Source of the DNA: the human T2T-CHM13v2.0 reference genome, Homo sapiens
NCBI RefSeq assembly: GCF_009914755.1
Contig: NC_060926.1
Reading direction: 5' to 3' (one strand)
Length of the DNA: 64,000 nucleotides
Of the stretch, positions 41,871 through 55,635 are shown one piece after another. Position 1 is the stretch's first letter; each line of letters begins with the position of its first letter. Under the pieces are notes generated by a model that saw nothing but the letters and a program-made list of their open reading frames with translations, did no database searches and was not told the DNA's origin. The translations under genes were made by a program, and so were the position numbers.

Positions 41871-43560
41871 ATACTGCTTTGAGTGGCATCCCTTGTGATG
41901 TTACTCAACTTTTAAATGAGTATATGTCATACTCCTATCCCTCCAATATTTTAGGTTCCTTAAAGTGAATGCCCAGATATCCTCTATCCAGCTAGCCCAT
42001 TGCTGAACAAATACTGGGCTCCTTAATCTTTTACTGAACCTTTCTTAAAAGAATGAATGACTTTCCTGTGTGGCTCTGGCAACAGAGTCAGGCTTAGGGG
42101 CTGTCAGGGATTTGGCAGGGTCCCCAACTTCTCAGGTTGGCTTTAGCCCAGGGAATAACTAGCCTTGGCCACAGTTTGGAGGGGATGCTTACAAATCCAG
42201 TGACACAGTGGCAAGCATCCTGCCACCTCCTGTTGCTCGCTCTGCAGCTGGTTGATTTGTGTGTGAGTGTGTGTATCTGTGTGTGTGTGATGAAAAGCTG
42301 TACTCTGTCCCTAAATTGGCTTCATGTTAGCTAGGCAGAAAGCTTAGGAACAGACCTTTTCCCAGTGGTGGATGGCAGGAGGTTAGAGAAAGGAGGAGGT
42401 GCCAGGAGGAGGTGGATGGCAGGAGGCATTAAAGGCCTTCAGAATACACAGGGTCTTCTGGTTCCTTCGCTGGCCCCTCTCCTGTCTCTAAAAAAATTGA
42501 TCGCTTTTGTTTCTGAAAGAGGAAAAAAGTGCAAACTTCCTTGACAGTAGTAAGGGATACTTAGAGAAAGTTAATGTTTTCCTAAGTGATTAAAAAAAAA
42601 AAACAAAAACGGAGACTATTTCTCAAGGCGCAAGTAATTCTAACACAGGGTTACAAATCTCAAAGAGACAATGGTATCAAATGTCAACTATTTCCAAGCT
42701 GGTGTTAGGTGGAACAAATTGTCCCTTGCCTAACCACACCCCGCCCTCTCCTCCTTCCCTAAATCCTTCTGTCTCCAACACCTACAGATGAAAAGTGACT
42801 TTGAAAACAAACCCAAACCTTCCATCCTACAGTTCTTTACCAATTTAGGAAATTATTACTGTTTTTTGGGGGAGAGCCATTTTTACTCTAGATTTAAGTT
42901 GTATCTTGAATGTTGAAAAGGTCTGCCTTCACTAAAATGGGATGATTAGTGATTTCCATCAATGCTTTATAGCAGTCAAGACTAGTCAACAAATTTCCTA
43001 TACAAAGAGAATAAACTAGACTAGTAAACAAATATAGGCAATTTAGAGCCATCCTGGTAAGTCATTTAAACAAAACAGCCACTTAATTAACAGTGCAATG
43101 ATCATTACTCTACTAGTTCCACTGCCAGGAGGATGACTGTTCACAAAGTTTGCTGTGCTCCTGTGGCAGGTGCTTGTGTGGCTTTATGGGTGTAAAGAAC
43201 AGCAGCAAACAGGCTCGGTGCTATTGCCTCAAAAATCATGGTGTCAAACTGGGAAGGAGGGTACTGCTTTAGGAAATAATTGAGTGAGTGAACCCTGTCC
43301 TCCATGGAATAGGCTTGTCATTGTTTTCCTTAAACCAGTAATTTATTGGTGGTGACCTCAGACAGCTATATAAAAAGAGGAAGCGCCTAGAGCCCTGTGG
43401 ACTGTCAAGTTTTATAAAGAGAACTGGGCATCCCATGGCAGAGCCTTGGTGCTCCCAGAAATGTGGTGATCTGATCGCCCATACAGATGGGCTTTGAGAT
43501 ATTTCTGAGGTCATTCTTCCAAGAATATTATATTAGCAAAAGAACAGGGTGGGAATTACT

Positions 43561-43599
43561 TGTGTGTGTGTGTGTGCGTGTGTGTGTATGTGTGTGTGT
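43561..43599 (+). repeat. (TG)n microsatellite, interrupted
   Basis: Read directly. Confidence 0.9.
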
Positions 43600-43878
43600 A
43601 GGGGAATCCATACAATGTTTTGCTTGAGTTTTCTAAATCTAAAGCTATCTGTCAGCTATCAAAGCTGTGTCTTTGAGATTTGTAACCTTCTGTTAGAATT
43701 ACATGCCCCTTGAGAAATAGTCTCCTTAAAAAAAAATAACTTGGGAATGATCTTAGAGCTACTTGTAGGTCTAAGACACCAGTGACAACATCTAAAAACC
43801 TGCAGGTATTGTAAATGAGTGAGGCAATAGGGACTGGTGGGGACTGTGGAGAACCAAAGGGTGCATGCCCTGTCCTAA

Positions 43879-44241
<363 letters not shown>

Positions 44242-44409
44242 TATTCAACTTTTTTTAAAGAGAAAGTGAAAGTCCTGATTTTTTAATAAGAAATCTCTCA
44301 ACTTAAAAATGTTGGTTCAAAACAAACAAACACAAAAACTCTACTAGCTTCCAGTCTTCCAGTTTACACTGACCTAAGGTGTTGATGATAGCCATCAAAA
44401 GAAAGTATG

Positions 44410-44722
44410 AGACTAGGTATTGTGGTTCACACCTGTAATCCCAGCACTTTGGGAGGCTGAGGAAGGCCAATCAGATCACTTGAGCTCAGGAGTTTGAGAC
44501 CAGCATGGGCAACATGGTGAAACCCTGTCTCTACCAAAAAAGTACAAAAAAATTAGCCAAGTGTGGTGGCTGTAGTCCCAGCTACTCAGGAGGCTGAGGC
44601 AAGGAGATCACTTGAGGTTGGGAGGCAGAGGCTGCAGTGAGTCGAGATCGCATCTCTGCACTGCAGCCTGCATGCCAGAGTGTCACTCTGTTTCAACAAA
44701 GAAAAAAAGAAAAAAAAGAAAG
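44410..44722 (+). mobile_element. Alu (AluJb/old S), head-to-head with the AluY
   Basis: Diverged dimer with A-rich tail. Confidence 0.9.
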
Positions 44723-45129
44723 GATAGGGTTAGGCAGTCAGGAGACTTGGGAGGATGGAACAGACACACATGGACAAAAACTGGCTGCAGAATCCTTTTG
44801 GGGTGGTCTCTATGTCATAATTTGTCTCTCTGAGACTGAAATTAGTTACTTGGGATTTCCAGGTCAGTCCTCCCTTGCGGCACCTAACCGCACTCAGGTT
44901 AATGTCAGGGACCCTGAAGAGAATTGACAAGCTTTGTGTGATCCTTACATTCCTCAACCCTTTTCCCATCCCCAGGCCCTATGCCTTCTTCACTGTCTTG
45001 ATGCATGAGCACTGGGCCTGTCTTTTCTTTCAGTTATTATAGGACAACGTCCTTCAGGGAGAAGAACATTCTTCCTTCTGCTCTTTAAACAGTGGGAACA
45101 ACAGCAGAAAGGAGGATTGCAAGCCAGAC

Positions 45130-45330
45130 AGAGTAGCTTTGTGGTTCAGAGCACAGCACTGGAGTCTGCTCACACAGTGGCCTTTGTTGTAATATCATTT
45201 GTTTTAATATCCGGCTAACAATAACATTCTACTTTTTGGATTATTGGGAAGATTAATATGATATCTATGTAAAGACTTTAGTACAGTGTGGGGCACTTAG
45301 TAAGTGCTTAATAAACATAACCTATTACTA
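45130..45330 (+). mobile_element. MIR
   Basis: ..GAAGATTAATATGAT..GTAAAGACTTTAGTACAGTG..CACTTAGTAAGTGCTTAATAAA. Confidence 0.7.
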
Positions 45331-48300
45331 ATATAGGTTCCTATCTCTGCTGCTGAAATGTCTTTCTTGTTGGTCAAGGGCTTTGCTTAACCAGACAAAT
45401 GGCTTTCTCCACCATTACCCACTGAAATGAGGTAAAGGGAAGTGGAGTCTTAAATAAAGTGTGAAGTGTTCTTACTTTTAATTGTGGTCAGAAGAGAGAT
45501 CTATGCAATGAGGGAAGGAAAGAGAAGACATAAAGAATTTCTCATACGTGCCTTGAAAGCCCTTCCTGTCTTTGCAGTCTCAGATTCGGGGTTGAAAGGG
45601 GTCCTTAATGCCATTTGGTCTCATTATGTTCCATGCATTGGAAGGAGCTCCTTTTCAGCAGGTGGTCCTGTCTCTGGACACTCCTGGGATGGGCAGCCCA
45701 CCCTTTGGAAAGGAGCAGATCCCACTGCCGGGCAAACCTGATCACTAGACGGTCCTTTTTTTTTCTTCCTTTTTTTTTTTTTTGGCTAGGCACCTGTCTC
45801 TCCTGTTTTCTAGCCTCTAAGTGTAACTTAGCTAGAGCTTGACTGGAGGAGACGCCATGAGAGGAAGCCAAGGACCGCGGCAGCCAAAACCATCCTGAGG
45901 CTAAAGCAAAAGCTGTGCTTTCCGAGACACTTATTTCTGCAGCCACAGGGATGAGTCTAATGAGAGGCTTCTTTGTTCCATTAGCAAGTCTGAGAAGGGT
46001 ATCTGGCCAGGTTAGAGTTTCTTTTCATAAAGGAAATTATCTCCAAACATAGAAGAGCTGGGGATTAAGTGACTCAGAAGATTTAGTGCTGGACTTTTTT
46101 AAGGCCTCCTGAGACTTCCAGATATACTTGCCTTGGTGAGAAAATGTGGGGTAACAGCAGCTCTGGAAGCAGGTTAATAAAGAAGGCAATTAACCACATC
46201 TTTGCTTGGTTTTATGTTAGGCAAAAGCAGGTTAAAATGAATACTTGGAAATGTGTCTGAAGATGTGTGTCTGAATGGGCTTCTTTTTAACAGGTGCCAG
46301 TGGCTGCCTGGAGAAAGCATTTCCATGTAGTCTGTTCACCCCCGTAACCCCCTCCAATCACAAGCTCAGGCTGTTTCCTGGAATCTTTGTAAATTGGGGA
46401 TGTTCTGTGTCTCAGCAGCTTCTTTTTAAATGGAAGCCATGAAATTGCTTTCAGTGTCATTTAAAAATACTGAAGTGGAGTGCTTTGGGTTTCTCCCTAC
46501 TTTGTCCGCTTGTTTATCCTTGTGGTTAACCAGCTGCAGCATAATCTCCTGGCTGTGTTTACTCCTGTCCTATGTGCCCAGGGCTGCCCTCCGTGACCTG
46601 CTTGCTATTTTGAGCCCAGGTGGGGCAGCCCCTTGCGGGGAGTGGGCATCAAAAGTCCGCTTCTGCCCACATTGTCTCTTTTTGGTTGGGAAATTGGCTC
46701 ACGTGTGGATAATTTATTGCTTGTTTGGGGCAGATGAGACAGAACGAACTCCACAGAGACACTTTGAACAACGCGGAACAATTTGGATTAATCCTTTCCG
46801 CAAACAGGGTTCCATTTGCATGAGGGGATTGCTGAGAGTTTTATCTTGGGTGATAAATGGCAGGCATTCTAGCTCCACTGGCGAGCATCGCCCCCATGCA
46901 GGTTTAGATTAGGCTTCTCCAGACTGAAGAGGATTTTTGTTCTTGGCCAGGTAGATTTTCACTTCAGGGTTAGGGTTCAGGCAGCTGGTTACCTTTCTGA
47001 GGGGGCTTTTTTTTTCCTATTGCCTTTCGCCCATCTGGGCTGTGCTAAGGTTTTTGTCCCAGTGTGGCAATTTTCCAGGCTAAAAAAAGAACCACCCTCC
47101 CTCCTTCAACCAAAGCCTCCTCTGCCAACTTTTCTCACACACGTGTGCACACAAGAGCACGCACACATGAGATCACAACCAACCACCCTAGAAAGCCCAG
47201 TTCTCTTGCGCTGCTGAATTTTTTGTTTTGCCTTCTCTCTCCTCTGTCATTTGCCTGCTGCTGTTCTGCACCCTCAATTCTAGAAAGAGGAAATTCTACT
47301 CAGGCACTGCCATGGATTTCTCTTTAGGTTTCTACCTAGGAGTTCAGGTGCTGCGGGTCACCCAACTGGCCCCGAAAGTGAGAGGGGCTCCCTGGTCCCA
47401 GAAGACAAAGACCTCCTGTGCCTGTTTATGCTAAACCTAAACATTTAATTGATCCTGCTTTCTAGCAGGTCCCAGGAGACTTCATCAGACTCTTTCTAGG
47501 AAGCACAAATATACAGAAGATATTTCTTCTGACCATTCTCCAACAATCAAGAGATGTTTATTGAACTCTACTTACTTTCAATAGTTTGTATTGTGAAAAC
47601 ATGAAGTTGTTTTCCAAAGGTGAAAAAGTATGTTATTTGATCTGTATTTTTCAAACTGTATGCTTCATTTTCTTCTTGAAAATCTGTTTTATCCCCACCT
47701 TCAGTCAGAGAGAATCTTAGAATGCTGTGGTTTTCTGACCTGTTGTCTGCAGTCTCTGGGCCCATACCTTTGTGCCCCCTGTGAACAGAACAGGCTGTCT
47801 TGAATTAATTCTGCAGAAGAAAGAACTGAAAATGGGGGAGTGTGAAGCATCCCTAAGAATCAGAAATAAGAAAAACTCAGCCAGTACAAGGTCTGAAGTT
47901 TCTCTCCCACCCTCCTGCTGTCCCACTTTGTTGTAAGTATAAACAGCTCTCCTCTGCTTCTCCTAGCGAGCAAGCTAACGAGGGAAGTGGGTTTTACTGT
48001 GCAAGCTCTCCCTTCTGTGTGTTGCTGGGGTGGGGTGCGCTGGGGGCAGATGCGTCTGTTTTTTCACCGGCCCGAGGCAGTAGCACAGGCCCTGTAATCT
48101 CCCTGGTCCCCCTGTGTCATCTTCCAGAATTTCCATAGAAGCTGAGGCAGCCCCAGCATGCCAGGCTTAGGCTGCCTGGTGATGGACCCCCCCCCACCAC
48201 CCAGGGGAGTACCCCAAAGAGTCCCTTGGGTGGTGCTACTCTGGTTCTCTCCCCAGAAAACCTGGCTTCTGGAGGTGAAGAGGTTGAAGGACTCGAAAAA

Positions 48301-48588
48301 AAAATTCTACCCAGGGAACCATCTGGGCAAAGACTTGGACGTGTAAAGCAGCAGGCTGTACTCTGGAAACTGGAGTAGATGGGTCTCTCTGAGCGCGACT
48401 TGGTGTTAAGGGAGTAATGGAGATGTCAGTGAGCAGCAAATGAGACAGCAGTGTAAGACGAGGAGCTCACCACACGCTCTGAGGCAGCTATCAGGGAATC
48501 CCATTAACTATGTATGTAGCAGGAATGCTGTGAGAACTGTCTAGGGTAATCTATAAGGCTATTTTGTAAACTAGAATGACATTAATTA

Positions 48589-48903
<315 letters not shown>

Positions 48904-49329
48904 TTATCATAAAGATAAAATGTTTTAATTAAATCTAGATTAAGTAAAAGATGAAGTTGAGCATCTACCCATTCTGGTTTCATAAAGCACAGGAACCAAT
49001 TTTCAGCCTAAAGACCCCAGCTCTGCTGTGAAAGATGGGGGAGATAAGGTGATTGAGTCTGCCACTGAAGAAAACCAAGGCTAGTGTTGAGTGTTCTCAT
49101 GATGCCAGGAAGTTTCCTCAGTTCTTCTCCCTTGCAAATCTGGTACTCATACTCTCACATGGCCCGGGATCTATCCCATAGCATTTTATTTTTTTCCGTG
49201 TATCTTCATGACCTGCTTTCTTCTACAGTGGCTTCTCTTCCTACTCCCTCTTGCCCCTTTTGATTTCCTTCTCTTTTGTTTCTCAGGTCTCTTCATTCTC
49301 CCCCTTCCTTCCATCCTCCTATCTTTCCT

Positions 49330-50160
49330 CCTCTTCCTCCCTTCCTTCTTTCCACAAACTATTTTGAGTGCCTACAATGTGCAGAGCTCTGCTAGGTGCT
49401 GGGAGAGACACTAGATGAATAGCATACAGTCCTTAGCCTCAAGACACCTAAGTCCAGTATGGGAGATAAAATAGGGACATAAAAAACTGTGATAAAAGCC
49501 AGAGCAGGATGGGCAGTGCAAGTGAAGTACAAACAAGGCCCAGCAGGGAAAGAGGAGGCCTTTCACATAGGAAAGGCATGTGAAGAATGGGTAGGTATTG
49601 ATTGGAAGGTATTCAGCAGGAAGGAGGAAAGCCTGACTCAAGTGAGAAGGCATGAATGAAACGTTGGAGCTGCAAACAGGGATCAGCTAGTTTGACTGGA
49701 ATATAGGCTGGAGTTCTGTCTGCAGGGGTACATTAGGCCAGCGCATAGATGGTTTTATAGACAAGGCTAAGAGGTCTGGACTTTATTCTATCAAGTAACA
49801 GGAAAACTGTGAAGATTTGGGGTTGGAGAATAATATGCTCAGAGCTTGGCTTTAGAATAATTAATCTATAAATGTAGTGTCAAATGAATTGGAACGAGAA
49901 AGCTAAGGTGGACAGACCAGACAGAAATCTATCTGGATAGCTCAGGTGGAAGGTTGTAAAGGTCTGGGCTAGCCACACATGGTGGCAATTGCAAGGCTGC
50001 TAATGGGTGGAAGAGATCTTGGAGAACCAGCATCTGGTGACTTATTGATGTGGGGCTGAGAAAGAAGGGAGAGATGAAGGGAGACTGGAATTTCAGCTAA
50101 GATGTGAAGAATGGAGGTCAAGGGGAGAGACTATTTCGGAGGGGAGGGGATGCTGTTTAG
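49330..50160 (-). mobile_element. L2 fragment
   Basis: ..TTTTGAGTGCCTACAATGTGCAGAGCTCTGCTAGGTGCTGGG.. and purine-rich L2 body. Confidence 0.75.
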
Positions 50161-51133
50161 AGAAAGTCTGAAGGCTTACCCTTGTATTTTTCAAAGTTTG
50201 TATGTTGGTTTCTCAGTCACCACTTGCATCTGACTTGTGGGCTTTTGTGTAGCACAATGATATCCTGTTACTTATGTCATCGAAGTGACTTCATCTCCTG
50301 TCACATCTCAAACAACAACGATCGGAGGTGGCAAAACTTGGCAGACAAAAAAAAATGCAGGCTTTGAGATCCTTTCCTTACATTTCTAAGGTTACTACCT
50401 GGGTAAGGCCAAATCTGGATTTTAGGGGGAAGGACATTTGTTAGATCAAAGAAATCAGTATGTGGGTATCAGTTAGTGCTGGGGACTTTTTTCTATGGGA
50501 AGAAAGGCAGAAGGAAAGAAGCAAGTGTCACAAGAAGCTTAAATACGAGTTCAAATCAACATCTGTGATGTAATAATAGTTCCAATACAATCATGTGTAA
50601 CTTTTATGGTTAAAGATGAATTACACAGAAAATAAGGAGTTGATAGTGTCCCCCATCAGACCAATAGTATCAGAATGAGCAGGGTTGGGGCTCAGTAGTT
50701 CAGATGAGAAACAAGTTGTTCCAACCCAATGTGCCCTGGGAAAGTTTTGCAGGAGAGATGGACTCTGAAGCTGAGCTTTACGGCAGTCCACATTACCACT
50801 ACAGCACCCACTTCCTGGTTGGGCACATTGTTGGAATGTCATACCAAGGCACCCGAAGTTTAAATAATTTCAGGACTCCTTAACTGCAAATATAATTTTT
50901 AGCAGAACATTGAAAATAACTTGCTCTAGACTTATGCCTTTATCTGTAAATTTTATCACAGTCGTTCTTAAGGAAAATAGGCACCCTTTGCTTCCAGACC
51001 TTTGGTCCCTTATAACTGTTGCTTTGCCAAGTGTCCTGGTCTACTTTTGAGTGTCCAACTTTGGTTCTTAGAGTGCAGTTCCAAGCTGGCCCTAAATATA
51101 ACTTGTTATTATATGTAGGTTCTCAGAGTGTGG

Positions 51134-51349
51134 CTCCATTCTTCACATCTTAGCTGAAATTCCAGGCTTCCTTCACCTCCTCCTTCTTTCTCACATCAGT
51201 GAGTCATCATATGCTGGTTCTCCAAGATCTCTTCTATCCATTAGCAGCCTTGCAATTCCCACCACTGTGTGGCTAGCCCAGACTTTTAAAACTTTCCACC
51301 TGAGCTATCCAAATAGATTTCCGCCTGGTCTTTACACCTCAGCTTTCTC
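51134..51349 (+). repeat. Inverted copy of 49896-50116
   Basis: About 90% identity by eye, including a 32-bp exact block. Confidence 0.92.
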
Positions 51350-51739
51350 CTTCTCATCCATTTGTTTGTTTTCAGACCCATTTTCTCTTTCCTTCTTGGC
51401 CTCAGATTATGTTTCTGGCCCTTCGGTTACTTACCAGTGGCTCATCTCAAACATGCTCTTCCACAGTTGGGTTTTTGGGTGATTTACTGGAAAGGGGAAT
51501 GTGGGGGGTAAGGTGAGCTCATCACTGACCTTTGACTCTGTCAGGTGGTGCAGGCTGGTTCTCAATCTGTGAGCAGTGGACCCCAAGGGAAGTTATTGTG
51601 AAGGGTCTAAATACCCCCAAGTGCCAAATCTTCCTGTAGATTGAATATATAATGTGCTACAATTTTTGAAATGCATGTGGATGCTATTGTGATTCATAAA
51701 ATATGGAATTGGTTTGGAAGTGTCTTGAATTCATAGGAG

Positions 51740-51742
<3 letters not shown>

Positions 51743-51786
<44 letters not shown>
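51743..51786 (+). repeat. (TG)22 microsatellite
   Basis: Perfect run read directly. Confidence 0.97.
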
Positions 51787-51789
<3 letters not shown>

Positions 51790-51790
51790 A

Positions 51791-52141
<351 letters not shown>

Positions 52142-52519
52142 TTACCACACTACCAGCACGATTGGCTTTCATCTGGTGGTTCATGAAACTTTGTGGTTGT
52201 TAAAAGTGATCTTCATGTTCCGCAGAGGAAAGGCAGCCCTAAAGGGAATACAGTTTTTGTCTGGTGCCCAGAGCCTATCTACCCCTACTTGGGCTGCCAG
52301 AGAGTGGAGCTTGGGACACGACCAGTGTGGAATAGGATGGAAAAAATATTTCTCTGTACACTGATCACCACACTGCTTGCAGCAGGGAGCTATCAACCGA
52401 GAACCAACTACATAAGGGGGTTGTTATTTGTGGAGGAGCTTTCAGGTCCTCTAAACCTACCTCCCACTCTCGGCAGGAATCCCTTATAGAACCTCCCTGT
52501 GGGATGAACGTTAGCTTGG

Positions 52520-52690
52520 CCCTGATCCCTGCATTAACAGGTAGCGCTGTTTACTATAAAGTAAATTCAGATTCCAGGACCTCCACCTTGGTTGTTTCTG
52601 ATTTGGCAGGGTTGGGGCGGGGCTTTGAGCATTCGCCTTTTCAAATAATGCTCGAGGTGATTCTGATGTCAGCCAGAGTTGAGAGAGAAG
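52520..52690. mobile_element. MER5A-like MITE
   Basis: CAGATTCCAGGACC..TTCTGATT..GGGGCGGGGC..GGTGATTCTGATG..AGTTGAGA. Confidence 0.7.
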
Positions 52691-53501
52691 ATTGTTATGA
52701 AAGGACACAAATACCTCATCACGGTGCTTTTTGTTTGTGAAGTGCTCACTAAGGCGTGAACAGCGTCATGGTGGGGCTCCTGCAGGCTTTATATTTATAC
52801 CCCGTTTCTTATTTCTCACACCCACTCTGGTAGATAGATCCCTATTTCAAAAATGAGTGAATTAGGGTTCAGGGAAGTGAAACCTGTGTGCCGGCTGGGG
52901 ACTGACAGTTGGAACCCCAATGTACAAATGAAACCAGGGAACAGTGGGTGTGACGAGCACTTGAGGAGTGACAGAGAGTTATGACCTCGAACCCACAAGT
53001 GAGACTGCAAACACAAGTAGGTGGGAGCCCAGCGGCAGGAGACTGACACTGCTGGAATCAGGGAGGGGGCAGTGCTGTTTAAGAGCTTCTGACACACTCA
53101 GTTCCTCCCTTCATCCTAAGAGACCTGGGCTCACTAGCAGAGGGGCTTTGGCAAGTTACTTGATGGATTAGGGCCTCAGTTTCTTCATCTGTGAAGTGGA
53201 GATAATAATAGTGCCTGCCTCCTGCTGCAAGTCTAGTCATCAGTATCATCAACATTGGTGGTACACCTGCTGGGTACCAGTCCTGGGGTGGGCGTGCTCC
53301 TCTCTAGAAGATAAAAGCCCATATAGAGACTATGGTGGAAGGAGCAGGACAAGAGAATCAGAAGCTCACCTCATTCTTAATGTGAAGAGACATTAAGATC
53401 AGGAAAGCCAGATGCTTGATGTTCTCTCTCATACCCATAGCAGATGGGTGCCTCACTGGGTTCCCCCAGAAGCTGATGGTGAGCAGGGGGGTGGCAGCCA
53501 C

Positions 53502-53813
53502 TTTTATTTTCTCTTTTCTTTTCTTGTCTTCTTTTCTTTTCTTGGATCTTACTCTGTCACCCAGGCTAGAGTGCAGTAGTGTGAGTATGGCTTATTGCAG
53601 CCTTTAATTCCTGGGCTCAAGCAACCCTCCTGTCTCATCCTCCTAAGTAGGTGGGACTACAGGTGTGTGCCACCATGCCCAGCTAATTTTTGTTGTAGAG
53701 ATGGGGTCTCACTCTATTGCCCAGGCTGGTCTTGAACTCCTGGCCTCAAGCAATCCTCCTGCCTCAGTCTCCCAAAGTGCTGTGATTGCAGGTGTGAGCC
53801 ACTGCACTCAGCC
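53502..53813 (-). mobile_element. Alu (AluJ)
   Basis: J diagnostics; T-rich tail. Confidence 0.92.
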
Positions 53814-55335
53814 AGCAGCCACCCATTTCTTACAGCTGCTCCAGTGTGAGGGGGTAACAAAAGGCTGCTTTCAAGGCAGCAGCCCAGCCCCCATGTTTCC
53901 TGCCTGGTCCCTGAGGAGTGCACAAGTGATCAGGAGAGATTCTTCTTTTGGTCACAGGGATCTTAATGATCACTGGGACTTGGGCTGTTTAAGATGTCAC
54001 TTAGAAGTTCAAATCTACTTCCAGATGGCTTCCAAGCGAGGGATGGCCTCTACAGTGAGGCCAATCATGTGGTATATTCTTACCTAAGTGGGCCTTGCTG
54101 CCCTGCACAATGGCATCTCGGCCCATGGGCCAGCCTCGTAAGGTCTTTAAACCTATGACCACCAGGTGATCTTCTCTGGGGAGCAGCAGAACTTCCATGA
54201 GTCTGTCCAGGGATCTTATTTAGAGATGAGTCATACTTTTCTACGCTGTCAGCTCTAGGTTGAAGTAGAATGTACCAGCAACAGACTAGGATGACCTCGC
54301 AGCTAGCTGTCCATAGGAATACACCTCTTCTTTCTTCCAACCTCTCAGTTTCCTGGCGTTTCCTCTAAGTTAATGTCTTGCTAGAATGGTTTGAGTTGAC
54401 ATTAACTGTCTGCTATGTTTTATGCAGCACATGGCCACCTACCAAGTGGCACTTTCCATTTTGGGTATGGGGAGCAGGGTATATTTTATACCTCCAATCC
54501 CATTGTTCTTTATGAATCTTTGTTCCTTCACCCCTCACTTCCCAAATCGATCACTTTGCTTCTTGATTATGATATCCCTGTGGGTGAACCCGTAGATAGC
54601 AGAAACTGAGCTGTCTCTGCTGTTGATAATTTTAGCTCTTCTTGGAACTCCTTTCTTTTTGCAAATGCCAACCAGGTGTCCCCAAGTAAGAGATGATACT
54701 TGTTTGTTTGGTAAAGGCACCCAGATAAGAAGAGTCAGAATGAACAGCTCCAAAAGAGAAGTGGTTTCCTCGGTCACCGACTCACCACATTAAACATTCA
54801 CCCTGGCTCACTGTCTGAAATGAGTCAGTGGTCCTTTCAGAATTCCCTTTACAACAGTGTTTCAAAGAAATCTGTGACTGAGGTTGCAAATCATTTTTTC
54901 TTCACTGCAGCTGACTATTTTGCATTTTCCCAAGGTGAAACTCAGCCTGTCTTTTCAGGTGTTGAGAAAGAGAGTCAAAACTTCAAAGTTGAGGGGGTGG
55001 GGGTGCGGGGCGGGGGACCCAGCTACCAAAGGGAAGCCCGAAAGCACTCTTTTCAAGGATAGGAAAACACTCACGAACGTCAGATTCTAACACTGAGCTG
55101 AGTGGTTTGCTATGTGCAGCTTTCTAGTGGCTTGGATTTTTCTTTCCTAATTTTTTTTTAAACCATCATCCTCTGGTTGCCATCATCCTCTTAGCATTCC
55201 TGACCTCCCAGAGTTTGGCCTCACTTGATTTACCGAATATTACCTTCCGGCTCCTTTTTATCAAAGGCCATTGCTATATCCATGGTGGTCTCCTCCCTGA
55301 CCTCACTTCACACAGATTGCAGCAGTGATTTTTCT

Positions 55336-55635
55336 TTCCTTTCTTTTCTTTTTTGAGACAGTGTGTTGCTCTGTTGTCTAGGCTGGAATGCAGAGGCATA
55401 ATCATGGCTCACTGCAGCCTCTGCCTCCTGAGTCAAGTGATCCTCCCACCTTAGTCTCTCGAGTAGTTAGGACTACAGACACAGGCCACCATGCCCGTCT
55501 AACTTTTATTTTTTTGGAGACAAGATCTCGAGATGTTGCCCAGGGTGTCTCGAACTCCTGGGCTCAAGCCATCCTCCCACCTTGGCGGCCTCCCAAAGTG
55601 CTGGGATTTCAGGCGTGAGCCTCCACGCCTGGGCC
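55336..55635 (-). mobile_element. Alu (AluJ)
   Basis: Dimer; TSD AGTGATTTTTCT (55324-55335, 55639-55650). Confidence 0.92.

Noticed and set aside
42367-42426. 16-bp direct repeat GGTGGATGGCAGGAGG
   Set aside because: Within low-complexity purine-rich sequence; ordinary slippage.
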